Positions 43,904 through 52,748 of a DNA stretch of 64,000 bases are shown here, piece by piece. The notes under the pieces are model-generated. The model saw nothing but the letters and a program-made list of their open reading frames with translations, was not told where the DNA came from and searched no databases. The translations under genes were made by a program, and so were the position numbers. Position 1 is the stretch's first letter, and every line of letters starts with the position of its first letter. This DNA comes from Gaiellaceae bacterium (lineage in GTDB: Bacteria > Actinomycetota > Thermoleophilia > Gaiellales > Gaiellaceae): contig DATMIX010000043.1 of the NCBI GenBank assembly GCA_035554095.1, forward strand, positions 303 through 64,302, written 5' to 3'.

Positions 43904-43987
43904 CCGAGGCATCGCTTGCGATGCCGCCATGGAGGGTGCGACGGCTCCGCCGGCGCGCCCGTCTAAACCCGGCCCGTGCGACGCAGG

Positions 43988-44344
43988 CTAGCCGGCGTCG
44001 AGCTCTCGTATCCTGGACGAGTAGTGCTTGCTCGCCGGCCTGAGCGAGCTGGCCAGCTTGTAGTGGCCCTGTGCCTCGGTTTCCTTGCCGAGCTTCTCGA
44101 GCGAGCGGCCGAGCGCGTAGTGGGCGTAATCGTCCGTCGGGGCGAGCTCGAGCATCGCGCGGAACTCCGACTCGGCCTCCTCGTAACGGTGGATCCGGAA
44201 GTAGGCGATCCCGAGCGCCTCGCGGATCGACGCCTTGTCGGGCTCCAGGCGCTTCGCCCTCTCGAGCGGAACGGTCGCCTGGGCCGCCATGCCTTCTCGA
44301 AGGCGGGCGCGTCCCTGCTGGAAGAGGTTGTACGTCTCGCTCAT
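43988..44344 (-). CDS. Tetratricopeptide (TPR) repeat protein
   Basis: 118 aa with about 3 TPR-like units (A...L.RA..L.P......EALG.AYF....YEEA...F...L...P). The ATG forms an ATGA overlap with the upstream stop. Confidence 0.7.
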   Translation of the reverse strand: MSETYNLFQQGRARLREGMAAQATVPLERAKRLEPDKASIREALGIAYFRIHRYEEAESEFRAMLELAPTDDYAHYALGRSLEKLGKETEAQGHYKLASSLRPASKHYSSRIRELDAG

Positions 44345-45024
44345 GCCGGTCCCAGGTACGGAAAGTTCTCCTTCACCAAGTCAAGCGGGTCCGTCAAATC
44401 CCGGGTTCGCCTCACTTCGAACGCTGAAACCTCCAGGCCGCCGTCGATCGCGCGCTGGTACGCCTCGGCCAGCTCGAAGGGCGGGCCACCGAGCCCTTCG
44501 AGATACGGCACGAGCTGATCCGTCAGGGCCCACAGCGAGGCATGCGCGAACGGCGTCTCCGCCCCTGCGACGATGCGCACGGCCCGCCCGTCGGCCACCT
44601 CGACTCCCGCCCGGCGCGGGCCCGGCGGCGGGTCGCGGCGGACGGCGACCGCGGCGCGGCTCCCCCCGCGCTCGGCCTGCGCCGCGAATTCCGCGATGTC
44701 GCCCTGCGCGAAGACCGTGTCGGCCGCCGCCACGAGCACCGGCGGTCGCGCACCGGCGGCGAGGCCGCGCACGACCGCGTCGGCCGAGCCGTTCGGCTCG
44801 GGTTGGCGCGCATAGCGGAGCCGGACGCCGAAGCCGCTACCGTCCCCGAGCAACCGCTCGACGTGATCGGCCAGATGTCCGGTCACGACCGTGACGGTCT
44901 CGCAACGGGCTCGCCCGAGCTCGCGCAGCAGCGTCGCGATCACCGGCCGTCCGTCGATCGGCAGCAGCGGCTTCGGCCAGCGATCGGTGAGCGGTCGCAG
45001 GCGCCGACCCTCTCCGGCCGCCAT
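44341..45024 (-). CDS. Sugar-phosphate nucleotidyltransferase (NTP_transferase family)
   Basis: MAAGEGRRLRPLTDRWPKPLLPIDGRPVI. GGAGG lies 8 nt before ATG 45024, and TTG 45039 is an alternative start. Confidence 0.75.
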   Translation of the reverse strand: MAAGEGRRLRPLTDRWPKPLLPIDGRPVIATLLRELGRARCETVTVVTGHLADHVERLLGDGSGFGVRLRYARQPEPNGSADAVVRGLAAGARPPVLVAAADTVFAQGDIAEFAAQAERGGSRAAVAVRRDPPPGPRRAGVEVADGRAVRIVAGAETPFAHASLWALTDQLVPYLEGLGGPPFELAEAYQRAIDGGLEVSAFEVRRTRDLTDPLDLVKENFPYLGPA

Positions 45025-45048
45025 GACGATCGCCTCCAACTCGGAGGA

Positions 45049-47298
45049 TCAGCCGGTGAGGCCCAGTGAGCGAAGCGACACGAGCCCGAGCGCCCGCTCG
45101 GATTTCGAGAGTGCCGCTCGAAGCCGGCGGCGCAGCGCGCGCAGCTCGCGCCGCGTCTCGCGAGCGGCCGCGACTGCCCCTTCGGCGGGGCCGAAACGTG
45201 CGGTCGCGGCTGATTCGACGAACGCCGCGGCCGAGACCCCGATCTCGGTCTCGACCAGGCGCCCGAGGTCACGCAAGGTCGTCCCGGGAGGCGCGTTCGC
45301 CCCCTGGTCGGCGAGGTAGTCGGTCAGCTCCTGCACGCACGCGCCCGCGAGCCGGCGCGGGTCGCGCGTCAGGTAGCGGCGCTTCCGCAGGAGCGATTTG
45401 ACGAGGGCGACGGCGAGCACGAGCCCGGCGGCCACGAGCGTCAACAGCTTGAGCAGCGCGCCGATGCCCGACCCGTCTGAGCCTCCACGCATTCTGCCCC
45501 TGTTCTCCTTGGCGGCTGCGCCGACCTGCGCCTTGCGGCCGTTGCCGAGCTTGCGGAGGTCGAACGGGTCGAACGAGCCCTTTCGCTTCTTGAGCTGGGA
45601 GGCCACGGCGTAGAGGCCGTCGGTGAGGTCGAAGCGCGGCGACGAGGCCGTGTAAGGCCCCTCGAGCTCGCCTCGACCCGGTGTCGGATCGAAAGGCAGC
45701 CAGCCGTAGCGCGGGAACCAGGCCTCGACCCACGTGTGTGCGTCGTGGTCGGTCACCGTCCACTCGCCCTTCTTCTCGTCGTACGTCCCACTCGTGAATC
45801 CCGCGGCGACGCGCGCCGGGATCCCGAGATACCGCAGCATCAGCGCCATCGCGCCCGCGAAGTGCTGACAGTAGCCCCGATGCGTCTGGAGCACGAAGGC
45901 CACGAGCGGGGCGACGCCGGCGACCTGCGGGGGGTTCTCGTCGTAGCGGAAACCGCCGGCCCTGAACCAGGCCTCGAGCTCGAGGGCGGCGCCGTACGGC
46001 GTCCGCGGCTCGCCGATCACCCGCCTTGCTCTGGCGTAGACGCCCTCGTATTGGCGCGCCACGTAGGAGTTCCGGAAGATCTCGGCGACCTGCTCCTCGC
46101 GTCCGGGCCTGCCGAACACCGGCGCGGTCACGTGCGGCGCCACTCTCAGGTCGATCGTCTTCACCAGGGCCGGGTAGCGCGCCTGCAGCCGCGCGAGCTG
46201 CCGTGGGGTCGGCTGAGGCTGATAGCTCCAGACCGTGTACTCGTCGCCGGGCGAGAGTGGATCGCCCTGGAGGAACGCGACCCCGCCCGCCGCGTACTCG
46301 GCGAAGTGCCCCGCTGACTGGTAGGCGACGGGGACGCTCGCCCCGATCAGGTGCCGGTCGCGCAGCGCCCCGACGGTCACCTCCTGACGCACCCAGCGCG
46401 ACCGCTTCAGCGCCGCGGGGGGCAGCTCGACGTCCTCGCGCAGCTCGTAGCGGTCGCCGACGCGCGTGGGAAACGTCTCGACCGCGTCCTCGTACCAGTT
46501 GCCGTTGTCGAACTCGTCCAACGTGGTCGCCCGCCAGTACGTCCGCCGGGGCGGCGCCTTGATCCGCAGCACGGTCGTGATCTTCTTCGGGAACTTGAGC
46601 CCTGTGTAGTCCGAATTCCAGACGTACTCGACGCCGACCGGTTTCTGGGGCTTCGTGTAGAAGTCCCAGCCCTCCCAGTGCAGGACCTGGCCGCTTGCGA
46701 CGGCCGACGAGTGCGCCACGCCGAAGGAAGCGAGGACCACGGCAATGCCGACGCCGACCCCGACGCCCAACCTGCGCGGGTGCAGCCGGCCTCCGAGCCC
46801 GACGACGAGCAACAGCAGCAGCGCGAGCAGCGCGACCCCGCGCCACAGGTCGTCGGGGCCGGTCAAGAGCGTGGCGGGCCAGCCGGCGCCGACGAGCAGG
46901 ACGGCGGCCGACGTCACCGGCCTCCGCGCAGCGACGGCGAGGGCGAGGGCCGCGCAGGAAACGAAGAGCGCAACCAGGAGGACCCCCTCCATTCGCGCGT
47001 GATTCGCCGCTGCGAAGGGCAGTCTGACGTCGTAGAACTCGAGAAAGCCGCCCCAAAACCGTGAGCCGAGCCGGAGCGGGTGCGTGATCCAGACGTCGAA
47101 CGCGGCGTGCCCGGCGAGCACCGCGGCCCCGGCCAGCGCGGCAAGACGCCACCGCAGCCGCGGCAGCAGCGCCGGCGCGACCGCGAGGACGATCAACCAG
47201 AGCGCCGTCCAACCCCCGGCGTGGGGATGCTCCAGGCGCAGCCAGCACCAGGCCAGCAGCACGGCAGCCCCGGCGCAGAGTGCGGCCGTCCTAGCCAC
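45049..47298 (-). CDS. Transglutaminase-like membrane protein (TgpA-like)
   Basis: About 6 N-terminal TM helices. The transglutaminase core is GYCQHFAGAMALMLRYLGIPARV..GF...DHDAHTWVEAWF, followed by a C-terminal TM helix. The GTG at 47298 overlaps the DUF58 stop. Confidence 0.8.
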   Translation of the reverse strand: MARTAALCAGAAVLLAWCWLRLEHPHAGGWTALWLIVLAVAPALLPRLRWRLAALAGAAVLAGHAAFDVWITHPLRLGSRFWGGFLEFYDVRLPFAAANHARMEGVLLVALFVSCAALALAVAARRPVTSAAVLLVGAGWPATLLTGPDDLWRGVALLALLLLLVVGLGGRLHPRRLGVGVGVGIAVVLASFGVAHSSAVASGQVLHWEGWDFYTKPQKPVGVEYVWNSDYTGLKFPKKITTVLRIKAPPRRTYWRATTLDEFDNGNWYEDAVETFPTRVGDRYELREDVELPPAALKRSRWVRQEVTVGALRDRHLIGASVPVAYQSAGHFAEYAAGGVAFLQGDPLSPGDEYTVWSYQPQPTPRQLARLQARYPALVKTIDLRVAPHVTAPVFGRPGREEQVAEIFRNSYVARQYEGVYARARRVIGEPRTPYGAALELEAWFRAGGFRYDENPPQVAGVAPLVAFVLQTHRGYCQHFAGAMALMLRYLGIPARVAAGFTSGTYDEKKGEWTVTDHDAHTWVEAWFPRYGWLPFDPTPGRGELEGPYTASSPRFDLTDGLYAVASQLKKRKGSFDPFDLRKLGNGRKAQVGAAAKENRGRMRGGSDGSGIGALLKLLTLVAAGLVLAVALVKSLLRKRRYLTRDPRRLAGACVQELTDYLADQGANAPPGTTLRDLGRLVETEIGVSAAAFVESAATARFGPAEGAVAAARETRRELRALRRRLRAALSKSERALGLVSLRSLGLTG

Positions 47299-48481
47299 CG
47301 GCCACCCTGCCGAGCGACGCCGCCTCGAGCTTCGTCTGCAGCTCGTCTCCCTTGCGCACGATCGCGACCGGGACACCCGCGGCCTGGAGGCGCAGCAGCT
47401 CGGGGCGGCGAGGCGCCTCGACACCGTTCGGCGCGAAGGTCACCGGATCGACGAATACCAGCGCCGCCTGGCGCTGACCGAGCATCCGCTGAAGCAGGCG
47501 CTCGACCAGCTGGTGCGTGAGCGTCGCGGTGACCACGGTCAGCTCACGGGCCCTCGAAGCCGCGCTCTCGTCGTCGCCGAGCAGCGACGCGACCGGCGTC
47601 CGACCGTCCGGCTCGGCGGCGGCGAGCAGGTCGTAGGCAGGCTGCCAGTCCGTCTCGAACGAGTGCACCCGCTGAGTCGTGCGCCGCGCGCCGTTGACGA
47701 GGAGAACCGCGCGCCGGCCGCGCCTGACCTGCGCGAGCAGAAGCGAGCCCGCCGCGCGCACCTGCACGTCGAACGCCTCCGGCCCCGCGTGACCGCCCTC
47801 CGCATCGAGCAGCACGGCGACCTCGTCGCGCGGCGCATCCTCGAGTTCCTTGACCATCAGCTCGCCGCGCTTGGCGGTCGACCGCCAGTGCACCTTGCGC
47901 AGCGACTCCCCCTGCTCGTACTCGCGCACGCTGTGGAGGTCGAAGCCGCTCGGGCGGCGCAAAAGCAGGCGGCCGTCCTGGGCGAACGTCCCGCCTTCCG
48001 AGAACAGCCGCTCGAGCTCCACCAGGCGCGGGTAGACGAGCAACGTCGACGCCGACCCCAGAGGGACCTCGGTCCGCTGCAGCCCGAAGGCGTCCTCGAT
48101 CACGGCCCGCACCTCCGCAAAGGCGTAGCGTCCCCGCCGGAGCGCCTTCAGGGTGTACTGGCCGTGTCTGGCCTCGAGCGGCGTCCGGCGCTCGCCGAGG
48201 CCGCTGACGTGCTCCACGACGACCAGGGACGCAGGCGGCACCGTCGCCGCGTGCTCCAGCTCCAGCGAGACCTGAACGTCTTCTCCCTCGACGCGGTTCT
48301 CACTCGCGATCTCACGGCGAAGGCGCATCGGCCCGCGCGCGAGCCGAACCCAGAGCCAGCCGAGGGCGACGACGAACAGCAACCCGATCGCGGCCGGGTA
48401 CAGCGGCTTCGCCCCGAAGGCCCGCGCCACGACGTAGGTCAGGAGACCGAGACCGAGCAGCGCGCGGCCGCGGTGGGTCAT
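47291..48481 (-). CDS. DUF58 domain protein (vWA-like, MoxR-associated)
   Basis: Two N-terminal TM helices, then the DUF58 signature region GFDLHSVREYEQGESLRKVHWRSTAKRGELMVKE. The start forms an ATGA overlap with the moxR stop. Confidence 0.8.
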   Translation of the reverse strand: MTHRGRALLGLGLLTYVVARAFGAKPLYPAAIGLLFVVALGWLWVRLARGPMRLRREIASENRVEGEDVQVSLELEHAATVPPASLVVVEHVSGLGERRTPLEARHGQYTLKALRRGRYAFAEVRAVIEDAFGLQRTEVPLGSASTLLVYPRLVELERLFSEGGTFAQDGRLLLRRPSGFDLHSVREYEQGESLRKVHWRSTAKRGELMVKELEDAPRDEVAVLLDAEGGHAGPEAFDVQVRAAGSLLLAQVRRGRRAVLLVNGARRTTQRVHSFETDWQPAYDLLAAAEPDGRTPVASLLGDDESAASRARELTVVTATLTHQLVERLLQRMLGQRQAALVFVDPVTFAPNGVEAPRRPELLRLQAAGVPVAIVRKGDELQTKLEAASLGRVAGG

Positions 48482-49440
48482 ACCGGGACGGGTGTCCGTT
48501 CGAGCGCGTCGCGCACGAGCTCAACGGGCGTCAGGCCGCCGGCGCGGGCCTCTGGCGCGAGCACGAGCCGGTGGGCCAGCACGGGCTCGGCAACGGCCTT
48601 GACGTCGTCGGGCTCCACGAACTCGCGACCTGCGGCGAGCGCACGCGCCTTGGCGACGCGCAGCAGCGCGATCCCGGAACGTGGGCTCGCTCCCACGTAG
48701 AGCCGCTCGTCGCCGCGGGTCGCCCGCAGCAGGGCGACGACGTACCGGTTGACGCTTTCCTCGACGAAGATCTCTCGCGCCTGGTCGACGAGCGCGACCA
48801 CGTCGGCGCCCGTCGTCACGGGCTCCAGCGTCTCAAGCGGTGGGTCGACCGTCTGCTCGGTCAGCATGCGGGCCTCTTCCGCGAGGGGCGGGTACCCGAT
48901 CGCGAGGCGCATCGTGAACCGGTCGAGCTGCGCCTCGGGGAGCGGGTAGGTCCCTTCGTACTCGACCGGATTCTGCGTGGCCATCACCATGAACGGGCGG
49001 CCGAGCTCGTAAGTGCTGCCGTCGACGGTGACCTGGTTCTCCTGCATGCACTCGAGCAGCGCAGCCTGGGTCTTCGGCGAAGCGCGGTTGATCTCGTCGA
49101 CGAGCAGGAGATTCGCGAACACCGGCCCAGGCCTGAACTCGAACTCGTTCGAGCGCTGATCGAAGACGCTGACGCCGGTGACGTCCGAGGGCAGCAGGTC
49201 CGGCGTGAACTGCAGCCGCGAGAAAGAGCAGTCGACCGAGCGCGCAAGCGCCTTTGCGAGCGTGGTCTTGCCGACGCCGGGCAGATCCTCGACGATCAGA
49301 TGGCCTTCGGCGAGGAGGCAGAGGACCGTCAGCTCGAGCGTCTCCGACGGCGCGTGGACGACATGGCCGAGGTTCTCGACGACGCGCCGCACGGCGTCGG
49401 CGGGCTCCGCGCGGGTGGCTGCCCGGACAGGATCGTCCAT
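48478..49440 (-). CDS. MoxR-family AAA+ ATPase
   Basis: Contains HLIVEDLPGVGKTTLAKALA, LPSDVTG, LLLVDEINRASPKTQAALLE.MQE..VT and ATQNP.E.EGTYPLPEAQLDRF. The ATG at 49440 shares 1 nt with the coaBC stop. The ORF-track extension to 50259 is rejected. Confidence 0.9.
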   Translation of the reverse strand: MDDPVRAATRAEPADAVRRVVENLGHVVHAPSETLELTVLCLLAEGHLIVEDLPGVGKTTLAKALARSVDCSFSRLQFTPDLLPSDVTGVSVFDQRSNEFEFRPGPVFANLLLVDEINRASPKTQAALLECMQENQVTVDGSTYELGRPFMVMATQNPVEYEGTYPLPEAQLDRFTMRLAIGYPPLAEEARMLTEQTVDPPLETLEPVTTGADVVALVDQAREIFVEESVNRYVVALLRATRGDERLYVGASPRSGIALLRVAKARALAAGREFVEPDDVKAVAEPVLAHRLVLAPEARAGGLTPVELVRDALERTPVPV

Positions 49441-50597
49441 CAGCGCTCGTCCACCATGCTCACGACCTCGTCCATGATCTCGCAGGCGATTTGCTCCTTG
49501 GCGTTCTTCGGAACCGTCCGCTCTCCGGTTTCGGAGACGAGCACGACCTCGTTCGCGGCCGCGTCGAAGCCGATGTCGTCCCGCCCCACGTCGTTGAAGA
49601 CGATCAGGTCGGAGCGCTTCGCCGCCAGCTTCTCCCGCGCCCGCTCGAGGCCGGTCTTCCCCCGATCGGCCGCGAAGCCGATCAGAATCTGGCCGGGACG
49701 GCGACGTGCGCCCAGCTCCAGCAGGACGTCCCGCGTCGGCTCGAGCTCCACCGTCCAGCGATCGCCGTCCTTTCGGTGCTTCGCTGCGCTCGGGCTCGCG
49801 GGCCGGTAATCGGCGACCGCGGCAGCCATCACGACCACATCCGCGTCCGCGCGGGCGAGCACTTCGCGCTCGAGCTCCGCTGCCGTGGGCGCTGCGACGA
49901 GCTCGACCTTCCCCGGCGGCGCGACCGCGAGATTCGCGGCGACGAGCGTCACATCGGCGCCGCGCAGGCGCGCCTCTTCGGCGAGCGCGACGCCCATTCG
50001 CCCGGACGACCGGTTCCCGAGGAAGCGCACCGCGTCGAGTGGCTCCCGCGTCCCTCCCGCGCTGACCACGACCCGCTTGCCCGCCAGCTGGCCGCGGCGT
50101 GCCAGCACCGCCTCGACGCGGTCGCTCACCTGCTCCGGCTCGCTCATTCGCCCGATGCCGACCTCGCCTTCCGCGAGCTCGCCCTCGTCGGGGCCGATCA
50201 GGACGACGCCGCGCTCGCGGAGCATCGCGACGTTGGCGACCGTCGCGCGATGCGTCCACATCCGCGGGTTCATCGCCGGCGCTGCGAGCACGGGGCCGTC
50301 GAAGGCGAGCGCGGTCTGCGTGAGGACATTGTCCGCGAGACCGTGCGCCAGCTTCGCCAGGGTGTTTGCCGAGAGCGGCGCGATCACGAGCAGGTCGGCC
50401 TCAGCGAGATGCGGATAGAGCTCGCGGGGCGCCTCGCGGCGGGCCAGGGCCTCGAACGTCTTGGCGGTCACGAACGACTCGGCCTCTTCCGTGAGGATCG
50501 GCGTCACCTCGTGCCCTCCCTTGACGAGCAGGCGCGTCAACTCTGCGGCCTTGTAGGCCGCGATTCCGCCGGTCACGCCTTGAAGCACGCGCGCCAT
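49440..50597 (-). CDS. coaBC: Bifunctional phosphopantothenoylcysteine decarboxylase / phosphopantothenate-cysteine ligase
   Basis: Contains GVTGGIAAYKA, PAMN..M and VSAGGTREPLD.VRFL.N.SSGRMG. The start is ATG 50597 or GTG 50603. Confidence 0.9.
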   Translation of the reverse strand: MARVLQGVTGGIAAYKAAELTRLLVKGGHEVTPILTEEAESFVTAKTFEALARREAPRELYPHLAEADLLVIAPLSANTLAKLAHGLADNVLTQTALAFDGPVLAAPAMNPRMWTHRATVANVAMLRERGVVLIGPDEGELAEGEVGIGRMSEPEQVSDRVEAVLARRGQLAGKRVVVSAGGTREPLDAVRFLGNRSSGRMGVALAEEARLRGADVTLVAANLAVAPPGKVELVAAPTAAELEREVLARADADVVVMAAAVADYRPASPSAAKHRKDGDRWTVELEPTRDVLLELGARRRPGQILIGFAADRGKTGLERAREKLAAKRSDLIVFNDVGRDDIGFDAAANEVVLVSETGERTVPKNAKEQIACEIMDEVVSMVDER

Positions 50598-50640
50598 CGG
50601 CACATTGTGCCCTCAGCGCAAAAGCGGGGGTGGAGCGGCG

Positions 50641-50871
50641 CTACTTCTTGTAGGCGTACTTGATCTTGCCGTCCGCCGTCTCTTCGAGCGCCATCGTCAG
50701 GTAGTTCTTCGAGCGCGACTCGATCAGCGGTGGCAGGAACTGGTCGAACGTTCCTTCACCGAGCTGGTGGTGGTAGTTGTTGATCTGCCGGGCGCGTTTC
50801 GCCGCGACGATCACCAGCGCGTAGCGGGAGTCGACGTTGTCGAGCAGTTCGTCTATTCGAGGATGGATCAC
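50641..50871 (-). CDS. rpoZ: DNA-directed RNA polymerase subunit omega
   Basis: 76 aa: IDELL..VDSRYALVIVAAKRARQI. The GTG forms a GTGA overlap with the gmk stop. Confidence 0.88.
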   Translation of the reverse strand: MIHPRIDELLDNVDSRYALVIVAAKRARQINNYHHQLGEGTFDQFLPPLIESRSKNYLTMALEETADGKIKYAYKK

Positions 50872-51512
50872 GGTCCGGGAATGCTACCTGCGGCCGCGAT
50901 CTCCCTTCGGACCACGGCCTCGAGCTCGCCCACGGCGGTCTCGAGGTCGTCGTTGACGATCGTGTAGGTGAACTCGCCGGCGAGCTTTCGCTGGTCGAGC
51001 GCCTTCGCGACCCGCTCCTCGATCTCGTCCTCGCTCTCGGTCCCGCGGGCCCGCAGCCGGCGCTCGAGCTCCTCCTCGTTCGGCGCGGTGATGAAGATGG
51101 TCACGCTGCCGGGAATCCGGTCGCGAACGGCGAGTGCGCCGCCCGTCTCGAGCTCGAGCAGGACGGGGCGGCCTTCGCCGGTGATCCGCTCCAGCTCCGA
51201 CCACAACGTCCCGGAGCGGCGCCCTTCGCCCCACGGAAGGCGCACGTACTCGAGGAAGTCGTCTGCGGCGAGCCTTCGGTCGAACTCCTCGTCGGAGATG
51301 AAGTAGTACTCGCGTCCGTCCTCCTCGCCGGGCCGTCGCTCACGCGTCGTCGCCGAGATCGCCAGCGCGAGATCCGGGACGCGTTCGAGCAGTCGCCGCG
51401 CGAGGGTGCTCTTCCCCTCGCCGGACGTCCCGGTGACGACGAAGACCGGGGGGCGCCTACCGGTTGAAGAGCCCGATGAGCTCGGTGCGCTGGCGCTCAG
51501 ACAGGCCTCCAA
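50868..51512 (-). CDS. gmk: Guanylate kinase
   Basis: The P-loop is VVTGTSGEGKSTL, and TTR.RRPGEEDGREYYF is present. The only in-frame start upstream of the P-loop is TTG 51512, which overlaps mihF by 56 nt, so the start is uncertain. Confidence 0.82.
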   Translation of the reverse strand: MEACLSASAPSSSGSSTGRRPPVFVVTGTSGEGKSTLARRLLERVPDLALAISATTRERRPGEEDGREYYFISDEEFDRRLAADDFLEYVRLPWGEGRRSGTLWSELERITGEGRPVLLELETGGALAVRDRIPGSVTIFITAPNEEELERRLRARGTESEDEIEERVAKALDQRKLAGEFTYTIVNDDLETAVGELEAVVRREIAAAGSIPGP

Positions 51513-51786
51513 CGGTCTTCGACTGGCTGATCCGGCACTGATTCAGGAAGCGCGCGGCCTTGACGCGGCCGAACTTCGGCACGGCCATGAGGATGTCGAA
51601 GACCTTGGCCGTCGAGACGTACTCGGGCGGGTTGCGCAGGATGTCGTCGATGTTGGCTGACCCGGTCTTGAGGTCCTTCTTGAGCTGCGCGCGGCGGACT
51701 CGAATGTCATTCGCGCGCTTGAGCGCTTCCATGCGCTGATCAAGCGAGCGGAGGGGTGCCTGGGCCTGAGTCTTGAGCGCTGGCAC
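51457..51786 (-). CDS. mihF: Actinobacterial integration host factor mIHF
   Basis: L..QR..AL.KA...R..RA.LK..LK.G......IL...E...KV..IL.A.PK.G.VKA...L......S....V.GL..RQR..L. This resembles mycobacterial mIHF. GTG start at 51786 with no SD. Confidence 0.85.
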   Translation of the reverse strand: MPALKTQAQAPLRSLDQRMEALKRANDIRVRRAQLKKDLKTGSANIDDILRNPPEYVSTAKVFDILMAVPKFGRVKAARFLNQCRISQSKTVGGLSERQRTELIGLFNR

Positions 51787-51795
51787 GGACGCCGC

Positions 51796-51823
51796 ATACT
51801 AACAAGTCGAGAGAGGCCGTCAA
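51796..51823 (-). promoter_or_regulatory. Sigma-70/SigA-type promoter for mihF (TTGACG-N16-TAGTAT)
   Basis: The minus strand reads ggtTTGACGgcctctctcgacttgtTAGTATgcggcgtccGTG. The -10 box ends 9 nt before the GTG start, and there is no SD. Confidence 0.55.
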
Positions 51824-51857
51824 ACCCCAGGAAACGCGCCGATTTGCAGGGTATTTT

Positions 51858-52748
51858 CTAAACGGGCAACGATGTATCCCGCCTCGCCACGCCTTCGGCG
51901 AACGTGGGCGCGGCGTGTGCGAGGCCGATTGCGTTGTCCGGTGAGTCAACAGGAACCGCGGCCAATTCTGCCTGCAATTCCCGACTGATCCGGGTTGACG
52001 CGCCGGGGTCGGAGAACAGAATCGTCCCCAGCGCGACGTCGCTTGCGCCCGCGGCGACGAACTCGAGCGCATCCCGGCCGCTCGTGATCCCGCCCATCCC
52101 GACGATCGGCAGCCCGGTCGCCTCGTAGCACGCGTAGACCGCCGCCAGTGCGATCGGCTTGAGCGCGGGCCCGGAGAGCCCGCCGCGGCCGCGTGAGAGC
52201 GTTGGTCTGAGCGTCCGCTCGTCGAGGGCCAGGCCCAGGATCGTGTTCACCAGCGAGAGCCCGTCGGTGCCGGCATCTCGAGCCGCGCGCGCCGCTGCGG
52301 CGACGTCGGCGGTCGCGGGCGAGAGCTTGGTGTAGATCGGCTTCCTCGTCGCCGCTCTCGCCGCCCCGACGATCCCTCCCACGCTCGCGGGAACGTCATC
52401 CACGTTGGGACACGAGACGTTCAGCTCGATCGCCGCGACCTCCTGGCAATCGTCGAGGCGGTCGCAAAGATCGGCGTAGTCGCTCGCAGCGAACCCACCC
52501 ACGGAGACCCAGATCGGCACACCGAGCTCCCCCAGCCGCGGCAGGGAGTGCGAGAGGAAGTTGTCGATCCCCGGGTTCGCGAGGCCGATCGAATTCAGCA
52601 TGCCGTGATCGACCTCGGCGATCCGCACGGGCGCGTTGCCCTCGCGCGGAAGCGGCGTGACGGTCTTCGTCACGAACACGTCCAGGGAACGCGCGACGTC
52701 GGGCGCAGCGAGCGCGTCGAGGCAGCCGCTGGCATTGAGCAGCCTCAC
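51858..52748 (-). CDS. pyrD: Dihydroorotate dehydrogenase, class 1B catalytic subunit
   Basis: Contains NASGC, MLNSIGLANPG, IELNVSCPN, KLSP and GGLSGPALKPIAL. The GTG at 52748 forms a GTGA overlap with the pyrK stop. The N-terminus is short. Confidence 0.85.
   Translation of the reverse strand: MRLLNASGCLDALAAPDVARSLDVFVTKTVTPLPREGNAPVRIAEVDHGMLNSIGLANPGIDNFLSHSLPRLGELGVPIWVSVGGFAASDYADLCDRLDDCQEVAAIELNVSCPNVDDVPASVGGIVGAARAATRKPIYTKLSPATADVAAAARAARDAGTDGLSLVNTILGLALDERTLRPTLSRGRGGLSGPALKPIALAAVYACYEATGLPIVGMGGITSGRDALEFVAAGASDVALGTILFSDPGASTRISRELQAELAAVPVDSPDNAIGLAHAAPTFAEGVARRDTSLPV

Noticed and set aside
50868-51512. A possible frameshift or pseudogene at the mihF/gmk junction (56-nt overlap, TTG start).
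   Set aside because: Both reading frames are intact and both proteins are full length with conserved motifs. The overlap most likely reflects an unusual or mis-assigned gmk start rather than gene decay.
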